From assembly GCA_003427395.1 (NCBI GenBank), contig BFEA01000008.1, forward strand, positions 6,723,808-6,787,807: a DNA stretch of 64,000 bases. Direction: 5' to 3'. This stretch comes from Chara braunii. Lineage: Eukaryota; Plantae; Charophyceae. Under the pieces are notes generated by a model, which was given only the letters and a program-made list of their open reading frames with translations, was not told the origin of the DNA and made no database searches. The position numbers and the translations under genes are program-made. Shown here piece after piece: positions 1-13,714 of the stretch. The stretch's first letter is position 1. Each line of letters starts with the position of its first letter.

Positions 1-1020
1 TTGGTATGGAGGGGAATGAGGAGACGTGATTTCACTCTCTATAAGGAATATGCCACTGATAGATGCCCTGATTTCAAGGACTATCCCTGGTCGAAAAAGA
101 ATGAAGCTGTGGCTGAGGAAGTGAAGGAGATAAGGGACATGGTAAAGGGATTGACAAGACAGGTTACAGAGATTGTGACCACCACAGGAGCCACGACTTA
201 CCAGGACAAACCCGGAGGACCCTATTCACTTCGCTGGGACCATAGGAATACTGATTTCTGGAGGAGTGTCGAGGATAGATACCCTCGGACGCTGGCTGAT
301 TATCGTGCGAGGGAGAGGGAGAGAGACGATGAGCCATGGCGACGTAGGGATGATGAGATAGACCAGGACCGTAGAGCTCGCGAGACGTATGGGCGAGCTA
401 GGAGGCTGGATGATTACTCGCGTAGCCCTCGCTATGAGGCCGATCGGGGTAGAGGTGACTCTCGAGGCCGGTGGGAGTCAGATCAGGGCCGACGAGATGG
501 ATACAGGGACAACAGATATGAGAGATGAGACCGGGATGGATATAGGGACGGAAGATATGAGAGAACGGATCGAGATGGATACAAAGGTGGCGGATATGAG
601 ACGGGAGATCGAGACGGGGACCGACGAGATGACTCGAGCGGACGGTATGACCGCAGGGGATACGCGAGAGAGCAGCGCGACGATTCGCGGGGGTAATACA
701 ACCGAGGAGATCGACGAGATGAGTCACGCGGGCGATACGACTCTGGAGACCGCCAAAACGATTCACGAGGACGATATGAGCTAGGAGGATCTGGAGGAGA
801 CCGCCGCAATGATTCGCGCGGCCGGAATGAGAGAGGGGGATATGGCGCCTCATCATAACCGTATCCCAAGTCCCATGACCCCAGGGCAGCCAGGGGTTCG
901 ATCTCTAGGAGCGCAGACGACAGGCCATCTACTCCCAGGAACTCATGCGTCTACTGTAGAGGAGATGATCACATCAAGAGAGACTGCCCGAATCTCAAGC
1001 GAGCAATAGATGAGGGGCTT
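1..1020 (+). pseudogene. gag: gag C-terminal part: R/D/G/Y-rich repeats and CCHC zinc knuckle
   Basis: CVYCRGDDHIKRDC (CX2CX4HX4C) at 946-987, in frame with the downstream protease ORF. In-frame stops at 526 and ~856. Confidence 0.85.
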
Positions 1021-1023
1021 GTC

Positions 1024-2310
1024 GTGCTTGATGACCGCAAGTACGTCAAGTGGGCAGACGATCTGGGAGACGTATCAATGTTCCTCTCGATGAAGGAGAA
1101 TGTAGAAGCAAGGAGAGAAAGGCCGAGTAAAGGAAAGGAGCCGGTTAGGAGCCAGAGCATCAAAATAACTTTCAAAGGAGATATGGCAACCGCACCCATA
1201 AGGGTAACAGCTACCAAGTCGGTGAGAGGGTCTACATCGAAAAAGACTGATACGGATTACGTGATGGCGGAAAAGGATGGACAACAGATCGATGGAGAGG
1301 AGGTTATTCTTTCACCGCGAAAGCGGGAAGTGAAGAAGTTCTTGATGAAGAGTTTGCTGGACGAGATTGACATAGTTGAGCCACTGAGGCGAGCCCTTCG
1401 ACAGCCCATGCAATGCTCTATTCTGGAGTACCTGGCGGCATCGAAGCCAGCTCGCGATGAGTTACAGATGATCACGCGGAAGACTCGCATACCTCTATCA
1501 GAGGAGGCTCAGGGGACCCCTAAGGCGGATGCTCCTACTGTAGCAGTAACGGGGGTGACTGCTAGAGCGGATCGCATGGCGACAGTCCTTGATGGGATGG
1601 AAGGTGTCCCTCCAGACAAGTTTTACATATTTCGTAGTGGGGCTGTGGAGGCGATCATAAATGATGGAGCGGTACTAGATGCTGTGATCGATAATGGCAG
1701 TGAGGTTGTCATTATAGACAAGGATCTGGCAGTGCAGGTTGGACTGGGCCTCGATAGGTCATACCTATTCGAGATAGAAACAGCTGATGGGAGAAAGCAA
1801 CAGATCACCAGGGTTTGTCACAAGGCAACCATAGAGGTCCAAGGGGTACGAGTGACCCTGCCTGTCTTTGCAGTCAAGAACTGCAGCTCCGATCTGCTCT
1901 TGGGATGAGCGTGGTTGAGCCACGTGCATGCGGTGACGACAGAGTGACCGGACGGGAGCCAGACATTGTCTATAAAGAAGCTAGATGGGACGCGGATTAT
2001 GATTGAGACGGTGGAGCCTCGAGACCCGAGGAACAGAGCGGCTCTCGCTGTGGGAGCGGGACCCGGTGACCAGATTAAGTCGTTACCTATCTCCGGCCGC
2101 GCGGTGCGATTTTGCGAGAAGAAGTATGGACCACTGCTCACAGAGGAAGAAGGTCGGATCGTGGAAGTGGAAGATTTAGGGAGTCGGCTGATAGTGGACG
2201 ACATCTCGTACCCAAAGGAGACAGATGAGGAATTTGGCGGTGTGGTATTTGTGTCTTTTTTAAGGGCGCGGCCCCCTATGGAGGGCTACCCAAGCGACAC
2301 AAGCGAGTAG
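1024..2310 (+). pseudogene. Retropepsin aspartic protease region of pol
   Basis: AVIDNGSEVVII active-site-like motif, IETADG flap, and C-terminal DLLLG followed by a TGA stop. Confidence 0.85.
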
Positions 2311-2333
2311 CTCAAAAAGTTAAGCCAGCGGCG

Positions 2334-3930
2334 GTGGGCCGCGAGCGATCTGCACTAGAAGGGATATCGGAAGAAGAGATCGCAAAGGAAATCAAAGAGA
2401 GGAAGAGAGAGGAGCCGCAACGCCTGACGGAAGAGAGGATAGCAGGGATGGACATCGGAGATGATAACCTGACCCCTCAGGAGTGGAAACGTGTGATAGA
2501 GATCCTAAAGATGTGCGATAAGGCTATAGCCTTCAGCGATGCGGAGCGTGGTAGGGTTGACCCTCAATATGCAAAGCCAGCAAGGATTTACACGATTCCA
2601 CATATTCCATGGAATGACGCATGGTGGAAATACGCACAGAGGGAGAAGGAAGAAGTTATCGCTTTCCTGAAAGAAAAGATGGCTTCCCATGTTGCGGAGC
2701 CGTCTGATCGCGCTTATGCTAATTGATGGTTCTTCCACGAAAGCCGAATGGCAAGATCCGGTGGATCCAGGACCTTCAGAAGGTCAACGTGGTGACGATA
2801 CGAGACGTGGGCTCCGTGCCACACGCCCACTTATTGGCTGAAGGCGCCGCAGGCAGGTCGATTTATTCGGTCTGTGATCTGTTCTCAGGCTATGATTAGG
2901 TACTGCTTGATCCTAGGGACAGGCACCTCACGGCTATGCACACACCATTGGGACTGATACAGATGATGGTTGTCCCTATGGGTTGGACTAACGGGGTAGC
3001 AGTAGTCCAGAGAGCTATGGTAGCCGTCCTCAAGGACTTCATTTCTTACAAGGTTGAAGTTTTTTTGGATGACTTCCCTATTAAGGGACCAGTCCAAAAA
3101 GATGAGATAAAAGTTGTACCAGGAGTTAGGAGATTCGTCGAGCAGCACCTAACCGATATTTGCGCGGTTCTCGAGCAGTTAGACGATGCAAATTTGACGG
3201 TCAGCGGAACAAAGAGCCGCTGGGCCGTCTCGACTATTAAGATCTTAGGCTTTATCTGTGACTCGAGAGGACGCCAAGCAGATCCGGCGAAGCTAGACAA
3301 ACTCCTAAATTGGCCGTCACCGTTACATAGTCCAACCGAGGTCCGACAATTTCTGGGAGTGGTCGGTTACTGGCGGATATTCATACGAGGTATGCGGAGA
3401 AGGCTGAGCCATTGAGGTTACTCCTTCGAAAGACTGAAAAATTATGTTGGGATTCCTCGCAGGAACTCGCTATGCAAGAGCTTAAAGACGAATTTAAGGA
3501 GGGAGGACGCGTACTGGGCGTGCCATTCTTTGATGATGAGGCTGGGAGACCCTTCATAGTATCCACGGATGCTGGACCTTGTCCAGTTGGGGGACTGCTA
3601 TCTCAGAAGGACGCTGAAGGGAAGGAAAGACCGTTAAGATTTGAGAGTATGACACTTAATACGGCAGAGCGTAACTACAGTCAATTCAAGAAGGAAGTGT
3701 TAGATGTTCTGCGGTGTCTAGACACGTTCAGGCATTATATCTATGATGGACGCCGGTTCATCTTAAGAGTAGATCCCACAGCGGTCTCCTCTGTCCTCCA
3801 GAAGGACTTTAGTCTGACGGACCCGACCATCGCGCGGTGGTTAATACGGATTCGACTATATGTTTACGCAGTTGAGAGGGTATCTGGCACTAAAAACGTT
3901 GTGGCAGATGGGCTTTCGCGGATCCCTCTT
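2334..3930 (+). pseudogene. Reverse transcriptase and RNase H (disrupted)
   Basis: RT motifs VPMGWTN, VFLDDF, ILGF and VRQFLGVVGYWR. RNase H motifs FIVSTDAG, AERNYSQFKKE and NVVADGLSR. Several stops and frameshifts. Confidence 0.92.
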
Positions 3931-4139
3931 GAGGCCGAGCGCCCGATAGTAACTGGAGCCCTGACATTGGTAGAGCCGAGACGCGCAAACGACTTCTGGT
4001 TAATCTTTACGAGGGCAAATATCGAACGATCGGGCTACACCTGTCAGGAGAGGAGAGTCAAACTTCAGATATCAGGAGACAAGCGGCTCAGTACTGCCTT
4101 AGAGCGGGTCATCTATTCCGAAGGTCGGTCGGCTCGGGG

Positions 4140-5573
4140 ATGCCCTTACGAGTAGTCTGTGATCCTGAGGAGAGACAGACGATAGTTGCGGAGCTCCACG
4201 ACGGGGTAGTCGGAGGGCATAGAGGAGTCAAAGGGACCTACGAAAAAGTACGCAGGTTGTACTGGTGGGAAGGGCAGTATAAGGACGTTGAGAGATACTG
4301 CATGACATGCGAAGAGTGTCAGAAGAGAGCTCTTGTGAAATACAAAGAGCCACTTCATCCATCCTATCCAACCAGACCGGGAGAGAAGGTACACATTTAT
4401 CTGGTGAAGATGCCGAAAAAAGTAGGCAATATGAACTACGTCGTGAACATACGAGACGACTTCACTGGGTTCGTGGACGACAGCCCTATCAGGAGCAAGA
4501 CGACAAAGGAAGTGAAGAACTTCGTCCTGGAGTACTTATCTAGGTATGGTTGTGTCAGCAAGATAGTGATGGACAGAGGGGCGAAATTTCTAGCTGACGA
4601 GGTCCAAAGTGTGTTCAAGAGAGCTGGGGCGAGAGTTTCAATAGTCACCGCCTACCACCCACAGTCGAATTCCCAAGTAGAGAGGGGACACAAGACTCTG
4701 ATAGCGTCACTATCCAAGTGGTGCAAGGGTAAGGACAGTGATTGGCCACGATATTTTCGATACGCAATATGGGCGGACAACGTCACGGTCCGGGCTAGCA
4801 CTGGATACCCACCATACACCTTGTGGTTTGGGCGGCATTGTCCACTCCCCATAGAGTTTCACGTCGACAGTTGGACAACCGTCGACTAGGCGGAGGAGAT
4901 GTCCAGAGAGGAACTCATAGCTGCCCGAACAAGGCAGATAGCCTACGGATTGGAAGACAACCTTATGACAGTGGCAGATCGTCTGGCAGTGGAAAGGGAC
5001 AAAGGTAAAGAGAGATGGGATAAGAGCGTGCGGATCAGGAAAGAGAGGGTGAGCATAGGAGATATGATCCTTCTCTACGACGCAGCACTGGAGAGGACCT
5101 GGACCGAAAAACTCGCCAACAGATGGATGGGACCTTACAGAGTGGTTGAGGCGCTCGACTGGGGGGCCTATATGATAGCAGAATTAGACGGATCCAAGTG
5201 GAAGGACCTCGTGGCGGGTGCTAGGTTAAAGTTGTTTAGGCCCAGTCCAGCACCCACCTTATCGCTGACGGGCCCAAAAGGAAAAGGGAAGGCTAAAATG
5301 GAGGATGGAGCCCCCTTCAGACGATTCGAGGCTGGTGAAAGTTCCAAGAAGAGGAAAAGAGTGGAGAGAAGAAAGGTCAAAGGGTTGGCATTACGACGAG
5401 AGAAAAAATTGTTATTCGTGCTCAAGAGGGCCAGACGGAGAGTGCGCATTAGACAAACTGGCGGATCGGCACCTTTCTCGTGCCGTCGTCAGAAGAAAAA
5501 GAGGATACTACCAAGGCCGAGAACCCGGAGGAAAAGGGAAGTCAAGAAACATCTGCTTAGCCCTAGAACTTAA
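4140..5573 (+). pseudogene. Integrase (HHCC zinc finger, DDE core, GPY/F motif)
   Basis: LHDGVVGGHRG...CMTCEECQ, VMDRG, YHPQSNSQVER and RWMGPYRV; stop at 4887. Confidence 0.92.
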
Positions 5574-6784
5574 AACGAACTAAAACATAAGATGATTAAA
5601 CCCCGACGTGGGTGACCTTTACGGGCAATCACCCTGAAGCTCGTCCACTTCGTTTGACGAGAGTGGTTCGGGCTCGACGGGGGCGTCGAGAAGTGGTCCG
5701 GGCTAACTGTGAGGCCGCCACAAGCAGTGCGCCGCCTGAAATCTGTGGCTTTGGGATTTAGGCTCAAAGGCAAGTCCGTGTTTTCACGGTACTCTAGTTC
5801 GACTGGGCAGCAAAAATTAGGGGAACTTTGGGCACCCCTGACTTTGGGCACACTGAACCTTACGAGTAGCCCTCAAAGATAGCGAGATGAGCGGCCGCAC
5901 TCGGCGCATCTAGGGACCGTCATTTCCGACCGTTCAGAGGGTTAGACCCGGATTGGCCTGCCGCGGAGAGGCATCGCGGGAACAGAGCTCGCCGCAACGT
6001 TTTTGCAGCGTACGACTGGGGCCGAAACGAGGCCTCAAATTTTTGACTATTTTAGTACCATAATTAGAGATGGGGAAAAAGGATTAAGACCAGTAGGGGA
6101 AAAGGGAAAAACATAATATCCCTTGATATCTTTATTTTACACGACATGTAGATCTAGGGGGAAAAACCCTTGTATTTTATGATCCCGACAATGAATTTAA
6201 AAACATAGAAAAAAGATTTAACAATGGAAAAGGAGAAAAGAAACAAAAGAAATTCGGCCATTTATTTAAACTCTTTCGGAAATCAATTTTGGGGTACTTA
6301 CGACTGATCTACTATTTCCGACAATAGAATTAAGGAAAAGAAAAAATGATTAAAAACAATGAAAGGGACAGGAACCCATGACTACTGGGAGATTGACCTG
6401 ATTTCGCCTCGATTGCCCGCCATCAACCCTGACCCCGGATGGATCATTTTCCTCGGATTCTAACGCTTTATACTACTGCCGAAGATCGAGGTTCCCTGCG
6501 TCACACTCCCTGGATTGCTTGATTACTAACATTACCGCAGTTGGAATGTTCTGAGAGCGGGAGTCCCGTGGACAGCATGCGGTGGTGCTACCTTTGGACG
6601 ANNNNNNNNNNNNNNNNNNNNNNNNNNNNNNNNNNNNNNNNNNNNNNNNNNNNNNNNNNNNNNNNNNNNNNNNNNNNNNNNNNNNNNNNNNNNNNNNNNN
6701 NNNNNNNNNNNNNNNNNNNNNNNNNNNNNNNNNNNNNNNNNNNNNNNNNNNNNNNNNNNNNNTTTGTTTCAAGATTGAGGCCAT

Positions 6785-7155
6785 TACCGTGACTTACTTT
6801 CGGGTTCGGGGCACGGCGGCGATTTATCACCTGGTCTGCGGCCACTACAGCAGTTTATGACAGGGTTGGAACTTTAACAACTTGGCTGCACGGTTCTGTG
6901 TTAGCATGATACAACAGCCTAGCTCTGCTCTTCAGGTTCGGTCAGACTCGGCGCCGGTGCGGTGCGGGCTATTCAGGTTCGGGATAGTACGACACAATGC
7001 TCGGCTTTGAATTGGTACTATGCGGCAGCAGGTCCGTGACCCTTAAGTTCGAAAAGCTTTCCTGGATGATTGTTTGAGTCCAACATCGGCACGCTTTGCT
7101 ACAGCTTCAAGTGATTATTCCCGCCCGGGGCTGGCGTAGTTTTCTCAGGTTCCGA
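6785..7155 (+). repeat. Degenerate tandem repeats with a TTCAGGTTCGG core in the Gypsy 3' region
   Basis: Recurrent ttcaggttcgg-like motifs; homologous in position to the clearer array at 61900-62470. Confidence 0.55.
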
Positions 7156-8764
7156 TTAATTCTTGCAGTTGCGGTACCAGCGAAATCGGCTACTGCAGTG
7201 GGGATTAACATTTAGGCGTAACTGACCACACGACATCCAACTTGTGCGGTCGCCGGTCCACCGGTTCCCTGCTGCTTTCGCTAGCGCCAAACCTATGCTG
7301 CTATTCAGTGGGCTTGGTATGCCAACTCGCTTGATGACGAACAACAGCGGATTGACTGTGAACTGACGCGGTTGTGACGCGCCTAGGCCTTAAAGGGCCT
7401 TGGTACCACGACACCCCTTTGCTGGCCCGAGCGAGGTGCTCACGTACCACCCGTATTGAGCCTGTGCTGAGCCTGGTACCGATGGTCTCGGCTGTACAAG
7501 CAAATGTCGGAAGAATATAGGGTCGGACGGAGCAGAAAACGGGAGGTGTGCAAGGCGTACCCGCGCAAGCAAGCTCAGGGTGGAGACACCGACGCTCAGA
7601 CGGTTACACCGGGAGTGAGGGGAGAGGACAAAAGGAGTTGGAAGTGTGCACGGTGAACCAGGGGGGAGAACTTCGGAGGTGGAGGAACGGGATCGCATGC
7701 ACGGTGTGCCCAGCGCGTGTAACAAGCGGGAGGCAGTGGACAAGAGTACTGAGAGAGGGGAGCCCGGCGTCCGCCGCCCACATTGGCCCGTTTGACTTCG
7801 AAGCTAGGGCGCTGGACGACAAGAAGACGGCATCAGGGGAGAGTTTTCAGGGGGTCCGTGCCAGTGGGCCCGGTGTGCGGACCGCACAACACAGGCGAAG
7901 GGAGGCAGCGATATGGAGGAGTGGAGTTCGAGGGGAGAGCTGGGTCGTGTGCCTGGTGTACCTGGTGGCGAAAGCAGTTCAGCCGAGAGGGGGAACCCAG
8001 ACGAGAAGGGTGACGGGCGCTGGCGAGACGGGGAGGAAGGCACGGCGAGCGCGGGTTGATCGAGCGGGCGCAAGGTCAGCGGGGGACAGCAACCGCTGAG
8101 GGAAGAAGTTTGCTGCGTGCTCGGTATGGCAAGTTTGCCGCCTACTCTTAATGAAGGTACCGTTGGGGAAGGCAGGACATCTCAGATACTCGTCAGGTGG
8201 GCACGGGATCCGAGCGGAGCATTCTCCGAGTGAAAGCGGCAAGCGCTTGATCTCTCGGCGACCACGGTTACAACTTACAAGTAAATCAAGGCAGACGTGC
8301 TCCATCACAAACCCGAGGTAACTTCGTTTCATCTCTGATTTTTTGGGCGCGAGATAACAGGGAGCTTCAGAACCTAACCGTTTACGTGAGTAAAGAACAA
8401 GAGATGTAGTGGATAGGGGCGAGAGGGATAAGAGATACAAGACGGGAACGAGCATAGCCGAGAGAGAGAGGGGGAGACGGAAGAGACGGAAGGGTAAACC
8501 GGCGACAAATTGAGGGAACTTCGCCGAGACCAGAAGGACTGTGAGTAGTAGGGGGGGGACCGAGGAGAGTCTGTGGATACTTGGCAGCCCCTGAGTGTGA
8601 GATTTTGGTTAATTAATGGGAAAGGGGAAGCTAGGAGAGCTCAACGAATCTGCAGCGAGCCAGGTATCTTCTGCGCTCGTCGGGCATTGCGAGGCTCGGG
8701 CGAAACTTTTCGGAATGCGCATCTGCCCCTTGGGCGGATCAAGGGGGGAGTGAGTCAAATTGAT

Positions 8765-9993
8765 TGTTATGAAGTTGAGAACGATGTTTCAACCGGCCAC
8801 CTCATGCGGCCAGACTGCAGGTATCCTCATTTGACAGACTTCGTAAAGCGTGATGTGACTTGCATCGAGAGAAGACAGGTGAAACGGCGACTTTGATCTC
8901 CCATCAGTGACCAACTTATATTTATTAAATGTTGCTATTCGTTTTTATGTTCGCCTGGCTCGGGGAGTGCCTACCTCCTGATGATGAAAGAAACTTTCAT
9001 GAACTCAGACTGCGTGATGCCCCGTGCATCGAGTGAAGTTGGCTGTAAAGGCAGCTTTAATCGCCCATCAATGTCCAATATCTTTTTTTATATATAGTAT
9101 TATCTCAACTTGTTTGCTGCTACAGGGACTGTGCTTGAATCCCTTGTTGTGTTCAACTCGCATCAGGGAAGGGGAACTATTCACACTCGAAAGTAAGGTG
9201 GGAAGGAGAGAGAGCGGGGCGAGAAAGAGGAAAAGAGTGCCTTGGGGAAAGGTGAATACCTTCTTGACGGCGAGTTTTCACGTTTGGGTCGCGGGCCGGC
9301 TGTTTCTGGTTCGTTGATCTGGACAATTATTTTCTCTCGAGTCGAGCATTAACTCGCCTAGTTTTAAAGACTTGGGACTAATGACTCGTTTGCTCTAAAT
9401 TTTGAAAATAAATTTTCTGATCGTAATCGATTCTTCAGTCTGTATCATAATCGGTGGGAACATAAATCAAGCTCGACGGTTCTCTGCAAACTTTTTCACC
9501 TCTGGCAATAGAGCTTTTGAGTCCCGAATGAAATCTGAATCAGTCGAGTCGTTGAGGCAGTTTAAGTCCCTTCAGTCAAAACCATACAACTCCTCCTCGC
9601 TCACAGAACGATATTTCTTCTAATTTGATTTGTGAACGTCATTCTTCTGGTTCCGCATTAAAAATTTGATCAGAATAATCTACACTGTAGCGCAATTCTT
9701 GGTACACAACGACTGATTGATTCCATGCTGAGTTCTCATAAAGATTTATTTTCAGTTTCTGCGTAAGATTCCAACGCCGCAGTGAGCATGTTGGATTTGG
9801 CTATCACCCTCTTCAAACTTCGGGGCTGCTAGTTGAATGAAAGGCGTGGTTAGCGGCAGGGTCAAACGTTTCCTCAGTAGTAGAACACCGCCTACCGGTC
9901 GCCGAGGACCTCTGATGCGGGCGCAGTGAGTGACAGGCACTGTTGCCCTTGGCCTCGACGAACTGCAGGTGCCCCTCCCTGGGTTTCCTAACA
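8765..9993 (+). repeat. Putative 3' LTR (~1.2 kb)
   Basis: Starts TGTTATGAAG and ends TTTCCTAACA (imperfect terminal inverted repeat). Purine tract AAGGGGGGAG lies ~14 nt upstream. No second LTR is available for confirmation. Confidence 0.5.
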
Positions 9994-10929
9994 CCGGTAC
10001 CGCACCCGGCAGGGGGGTAAATATGCAGGTACTGGAGGCCGAGCAGAAGAAGACAAAAGTGGCATTTTTAGAGGCCGATAGTGTAGGCTAGGTCTAGCGG
10101 GTACCAGTTTGAGTCTAGGGCCTGTAGGGGCAATATCACAGTCTGCAATGATGTTTCCCTCCAAAGAGGAGGAGGTACCGGTTGCTTGGGAAGGCCAGCG
10201 GCCTGGAAGTCACCGCCCAAGAGGCAAAGCAGGCCGCTATATCTTCAAGCCGGGCGGAAGACCCGGCCTCTTTTTCGGTGTGCAAGTTTGGCGACACACT
10301 GGTGGAGCGCTGGTTGGAGCAGCGCTAAGCTGGAGCAGCGCTGCTGGGGAGGAAGGAGAAGGACATGAGGGAGGAAGGAGGAAGGAGGAAGGAAGGGGGA
10401 GGAGAGCCAGGGGTACTTACCTGGCTATGGCCATCTTCGTCACCTTGGTGGGCGCTGCAGCAAGGAGTCCCCAGCCGGGGAGAGCCACACCAAGAAGCTT
10501 CAAGGCAGGGTTGGGCATGGCGGACTGAGCTAGAGCAGTCATAGCTGCTTTGTGTTGTCCTTTGGGCATATGGGCAAGGCCTAGTAGTCCACCATAGCCT
10601 CGGCCTATGAGAGTGAAGTGTGGGAGAGGCGGCCATGGCTATGGTGGACCTTGAGTGATACGTGCAGTAGAAGAGGGACTCGAACATTGATTCTAGACCA
10701 GCCATTCAACATTGTATTATTATTTCTTGTATGAGTAGGAGAAGGGGGAGATAAGGAGGAGGAGATTGTTGGGCGAAGAAGAAGAGCCTTGTCATTGTCT
10801 TTGCTGGTGTACATCTTCTTCTTCTTGTTATCCTCTCTCTCCTCTTAAGTTCATTCATTCCTTCCTGCAACTGGATGGCATTGTACTTTCCGGTGGATGT
10901 GTAGCTCGAAATTGGCCAGGGTCATAACA
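9994..10929 (-). repeat. LTR-like fragment of a different element, probably the target of the first Gypsy insertion
   Basis: Minus strand begins TGTTATGAC at 10929; non-coding; truncated at the putative LTR end at 9993. Confidence 0.35.
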
Positions 10930-10994
10930 AAGGGATCCCGTGCTTAGAGGCTTACTTGGGATTTTTCCCTTAAGGGTTTTGAAATCCGCTGAGT

Positions 10995-12539
10995 ATGGTG
11001 ATTGTCGTGCTCCATCCGCCGACGCTGGTTTCGCCTTCTGTTTTCCCCCTCGGGGTCTTGAGCGTTGCGGTGGTATCGCTGCCGCCACATCTCTGTCACT
11101 TGATGTTGAAGCGGCTGCGTCGTCCTCACTAGATCCTTGCTGGATCGCTGCTACTTGCGGCGTCCGTTGACCTTTTCCTTTCTCCACGTAACCAGGCTGT
11201 TGGCGGGTCTCATTGGCCGCGCGCCGGTTACCTTGTATGAGCTCCCTTGCCTTTGAGATTATTGCATCAAAGGTCTCGTATTGGAATTCGCTGCCAAGAG
11301 CAGTTGTCAAAGCGTCTCAAGACCGGGCGAAGAACTCGGCCCGGATTGAGTCGAATGGCAGGTTCAACTGCGGGGTGGCGACGAGTCTTTGCCACTCCGT
11401 CAGCCATTCCTGTGACGTTTGTTGACCTTGAAAAATGCGGAAGATCTTGTTCAAGGTGTGACGTTTGTCGTTGTTGACCATGAACCGGGTCTTCCACTTC
11501 CTCTCGAATTCCTCCCACGTGATCTTGGTGTGGAGGGTGGCGATGGTGCATTCCAGCGTGACGGTCATGTGCGTCATGAAAGCTTGTGCCCCTCCAATGA
11601 GTTGGAGGTGAATGCGTCAAGCCGCCGTCCGGGTGGGACGTGATGTACGTCTGCCTCTGCGTTGAATGCCATCCACCACTGCAGCGGATCAGTGGTGTGG
11701 TAGTCGTTAAACTTCTCAATCTTGAAGTTCGGCATCTTCCATTCGTTTGCGACGACGGTCAGTTGTTGCTGAACGCGGTCGCTGAGCGTCTGCAGCTGAT
11801 TGCTGACTGTCGATGCTCCAGCAAACTTGCTGATGTCGCCAAGGGATGCTACGACGTGGTTGATCCGCTCCTCGAGTTGCTTGGTCTGCGCAGCCAAAGA
11901 TGGGCTGCAGTCTGCCACTGCACTGCCTGTCGACTCAACTGCAGACAGTCGTGCCAACCATGTGCCAACAGTGGTCTGCAGCTGACTGTTCGCGTTCTTC
12001 AAGGCGGTGATGCTCTGTTCCTGTGTCCGAAGCGTCGCTTCGTGGCGGATGAGGGTCTACCGCATGGCCAGCAGCTCACGTTTCTGCCAATTGCATGTGT
12101 ATAGCATGTGTTCCATTAGTACTGCCATTTCCTCCTTTCTTCTCTCTTCCTCGGTTGGCTCCTCTTGTTCTTCATTTGCTCGAAAGTATTGTCGTCGAAG
12201 TATCCTCCGATACGTGGCTTCTTCGTTGCCGAGCTCCATTGTAGCCTGGTAACGAGCTTGATTCTGACTTGCCTCGACCTGCTGCTGTTGCAACCGTGCG
12301 GCTGCTGCAGCTTCGGCTGCGGCCTTCTAACGTGCTGCCTCTGCTTCTGCCAGCTGGCGTTGGATTGCCTGCTGGCGGGTGGCTTCCTCCTCTTCCCATT
12401 TGCGCAGTTCAGCTGCAGTTGTCTCCGAGTATAGCTGGAGGCGTTCCAGAAACGCTAGTTGCGTTTCATCTGCCTGCTGAACTGGCAGAGGAGTAACCGG
12501 CCTCTTGGGGCTGGCTTTTGCGTCAGCAGTGGCGGTCAT
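10995..12539 (-). pseudogene. gag: Retrotransposon gag (coiled-coil N-terminus plus capsid-like domain), 3'-truncated
   Basis: ORF chain 12539 to 10995 joined by stops and a frameshift: MPNFKIEKFNDY..DPLQWW, ITWEEFERKWKTRF, FQGQQTSQEWLTEW. Lies downstream of an LTR and PBS. Confidence 0.8.
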
Positions 12540-13699
12540 GGTCGTGCGTCGTCTACGCGGGATCCAAGGTGTCTAGGGTCCATGTTGGGGCTTGGTTTCC
12601 CTGGATCCGCGTTCAGCAAGTCGTTGATTGCGGCGCATCAAGTAATCCTGTCTTCATCTGCTGCTGACGTGTCACTACTGAGGTCGCACCTGCTGATGTG
12701 GCACTGCTGCGGTGGCCGCTGCGGATTTGGCAATCGGTTGTCGTGGCACGCTGAGGTGTCACGCTGCTGATGTGGCAATCTGCGTTCGTGGCCCGCTGCT
12801 GATGTGGCACAATGCTGATGTGGCCGGAGACTGAAGTCCGCAGTACCGAGAGGAGGAGAGAGAAGGTAGGGGTGGAAGAAGGGAAGGGAGGCAAACAATG
12901 CACAGACAGTCCCTTTCTTCCCTGACCTCGAACTTGACAATAGTAAAAAAAAAAAAAATTCTCCCCCCAATGAAATTTTCAAAATTTGAGAAATTAATTA
13001 TTTAACTAAATAAATTTTAGTCGGAAAAATACGAGTTAATTAAATAAAATTTAATTTTGGCAAAATATTAAATATTTAATTAAAGAATATTTAAATTTGC
13101 AACAATTAATTTGGCAAAAGTTAGATATTTAATTACAGAATATTTAAATTTGCGCAAGTAAAAGTGAATAAAGTTTAAGCAAGATTAAACATTTAAACAT
13201 AATTTTAATTTAATAATTTCATGAAATTTAAGCGGGAGAATTTATCATCATGACGAGGTCATGAGATAAGCAGAAGATCAATGGTAGTAGGAAGATACAC
13301 AATTTGCTGGAAAGATTCAACCTTTAATCGCAATAAAAGATGCGTTTTTGCAAAAAGTGAAAGTTCCATGAAGTTGCAGTTTGAATGTGGCCATGCCCAG
13401 ACCCGATCCGCCTTAATTGGCACGGTGCCTGGCTGTCACTTACTTCCCATAGGCTTGATAGGTCGTTAGATTAGGTTAGGACTAACCCTAATTTGCACTA
13501 ATTCGGTTAATCGTGATTAGCGATTCCCTAATTTGTGCGCAGTGTGGAGAAAGCCGCCAAACCTAAAATTAGAATTCAACGACGTAATTACTATAAAAGT
13601 ACGAGAAAAGAAAATTTGCAACTTGCGATTTAATGATAACAGAGTACAGGTGTAGATAATCAATCAATCAATCAATGGTGAGTCATCCAATGCTGGTCT

Positions 13700-13711
13700 G
13701 CTCCGATACCA
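13700..13711 (-). promoter_or_regulatory. Primer-binding site complementary to tRNA-iMet
   Basis: Minus strand TGGTATCGGAGC, 3 nt after the LTR end; the canonical site is TGGTATCAGAGC. Confidence 0.85.
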
Positions 13712-13714
13712 AAC

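Larger units (their letters stand above)
1..9993 (+). mobile_element. Decayed Ty3/Gypsy LTR retrotransposon (gag-PR-RT-RH-INT, ~3.2-kb 3' non-coding region, putative 3' LTR); 5' end lies outside the window
   Basis: Domain order PR-RT-RH-INT, which is Gypsy order, across ORFs broken by stops and frameshifts. The right boundary is inferred from a putative LTR. Confidence 0.9.

Noticed and set aside
8960-9010. CTGATGA followed by hairpin ATGAAAG-AAA-CTTTCAT and GAAC (hammerhead-like)
   Set aside because: The register is wrong, GAAA is absent, and there is no NUH with stems I and III.
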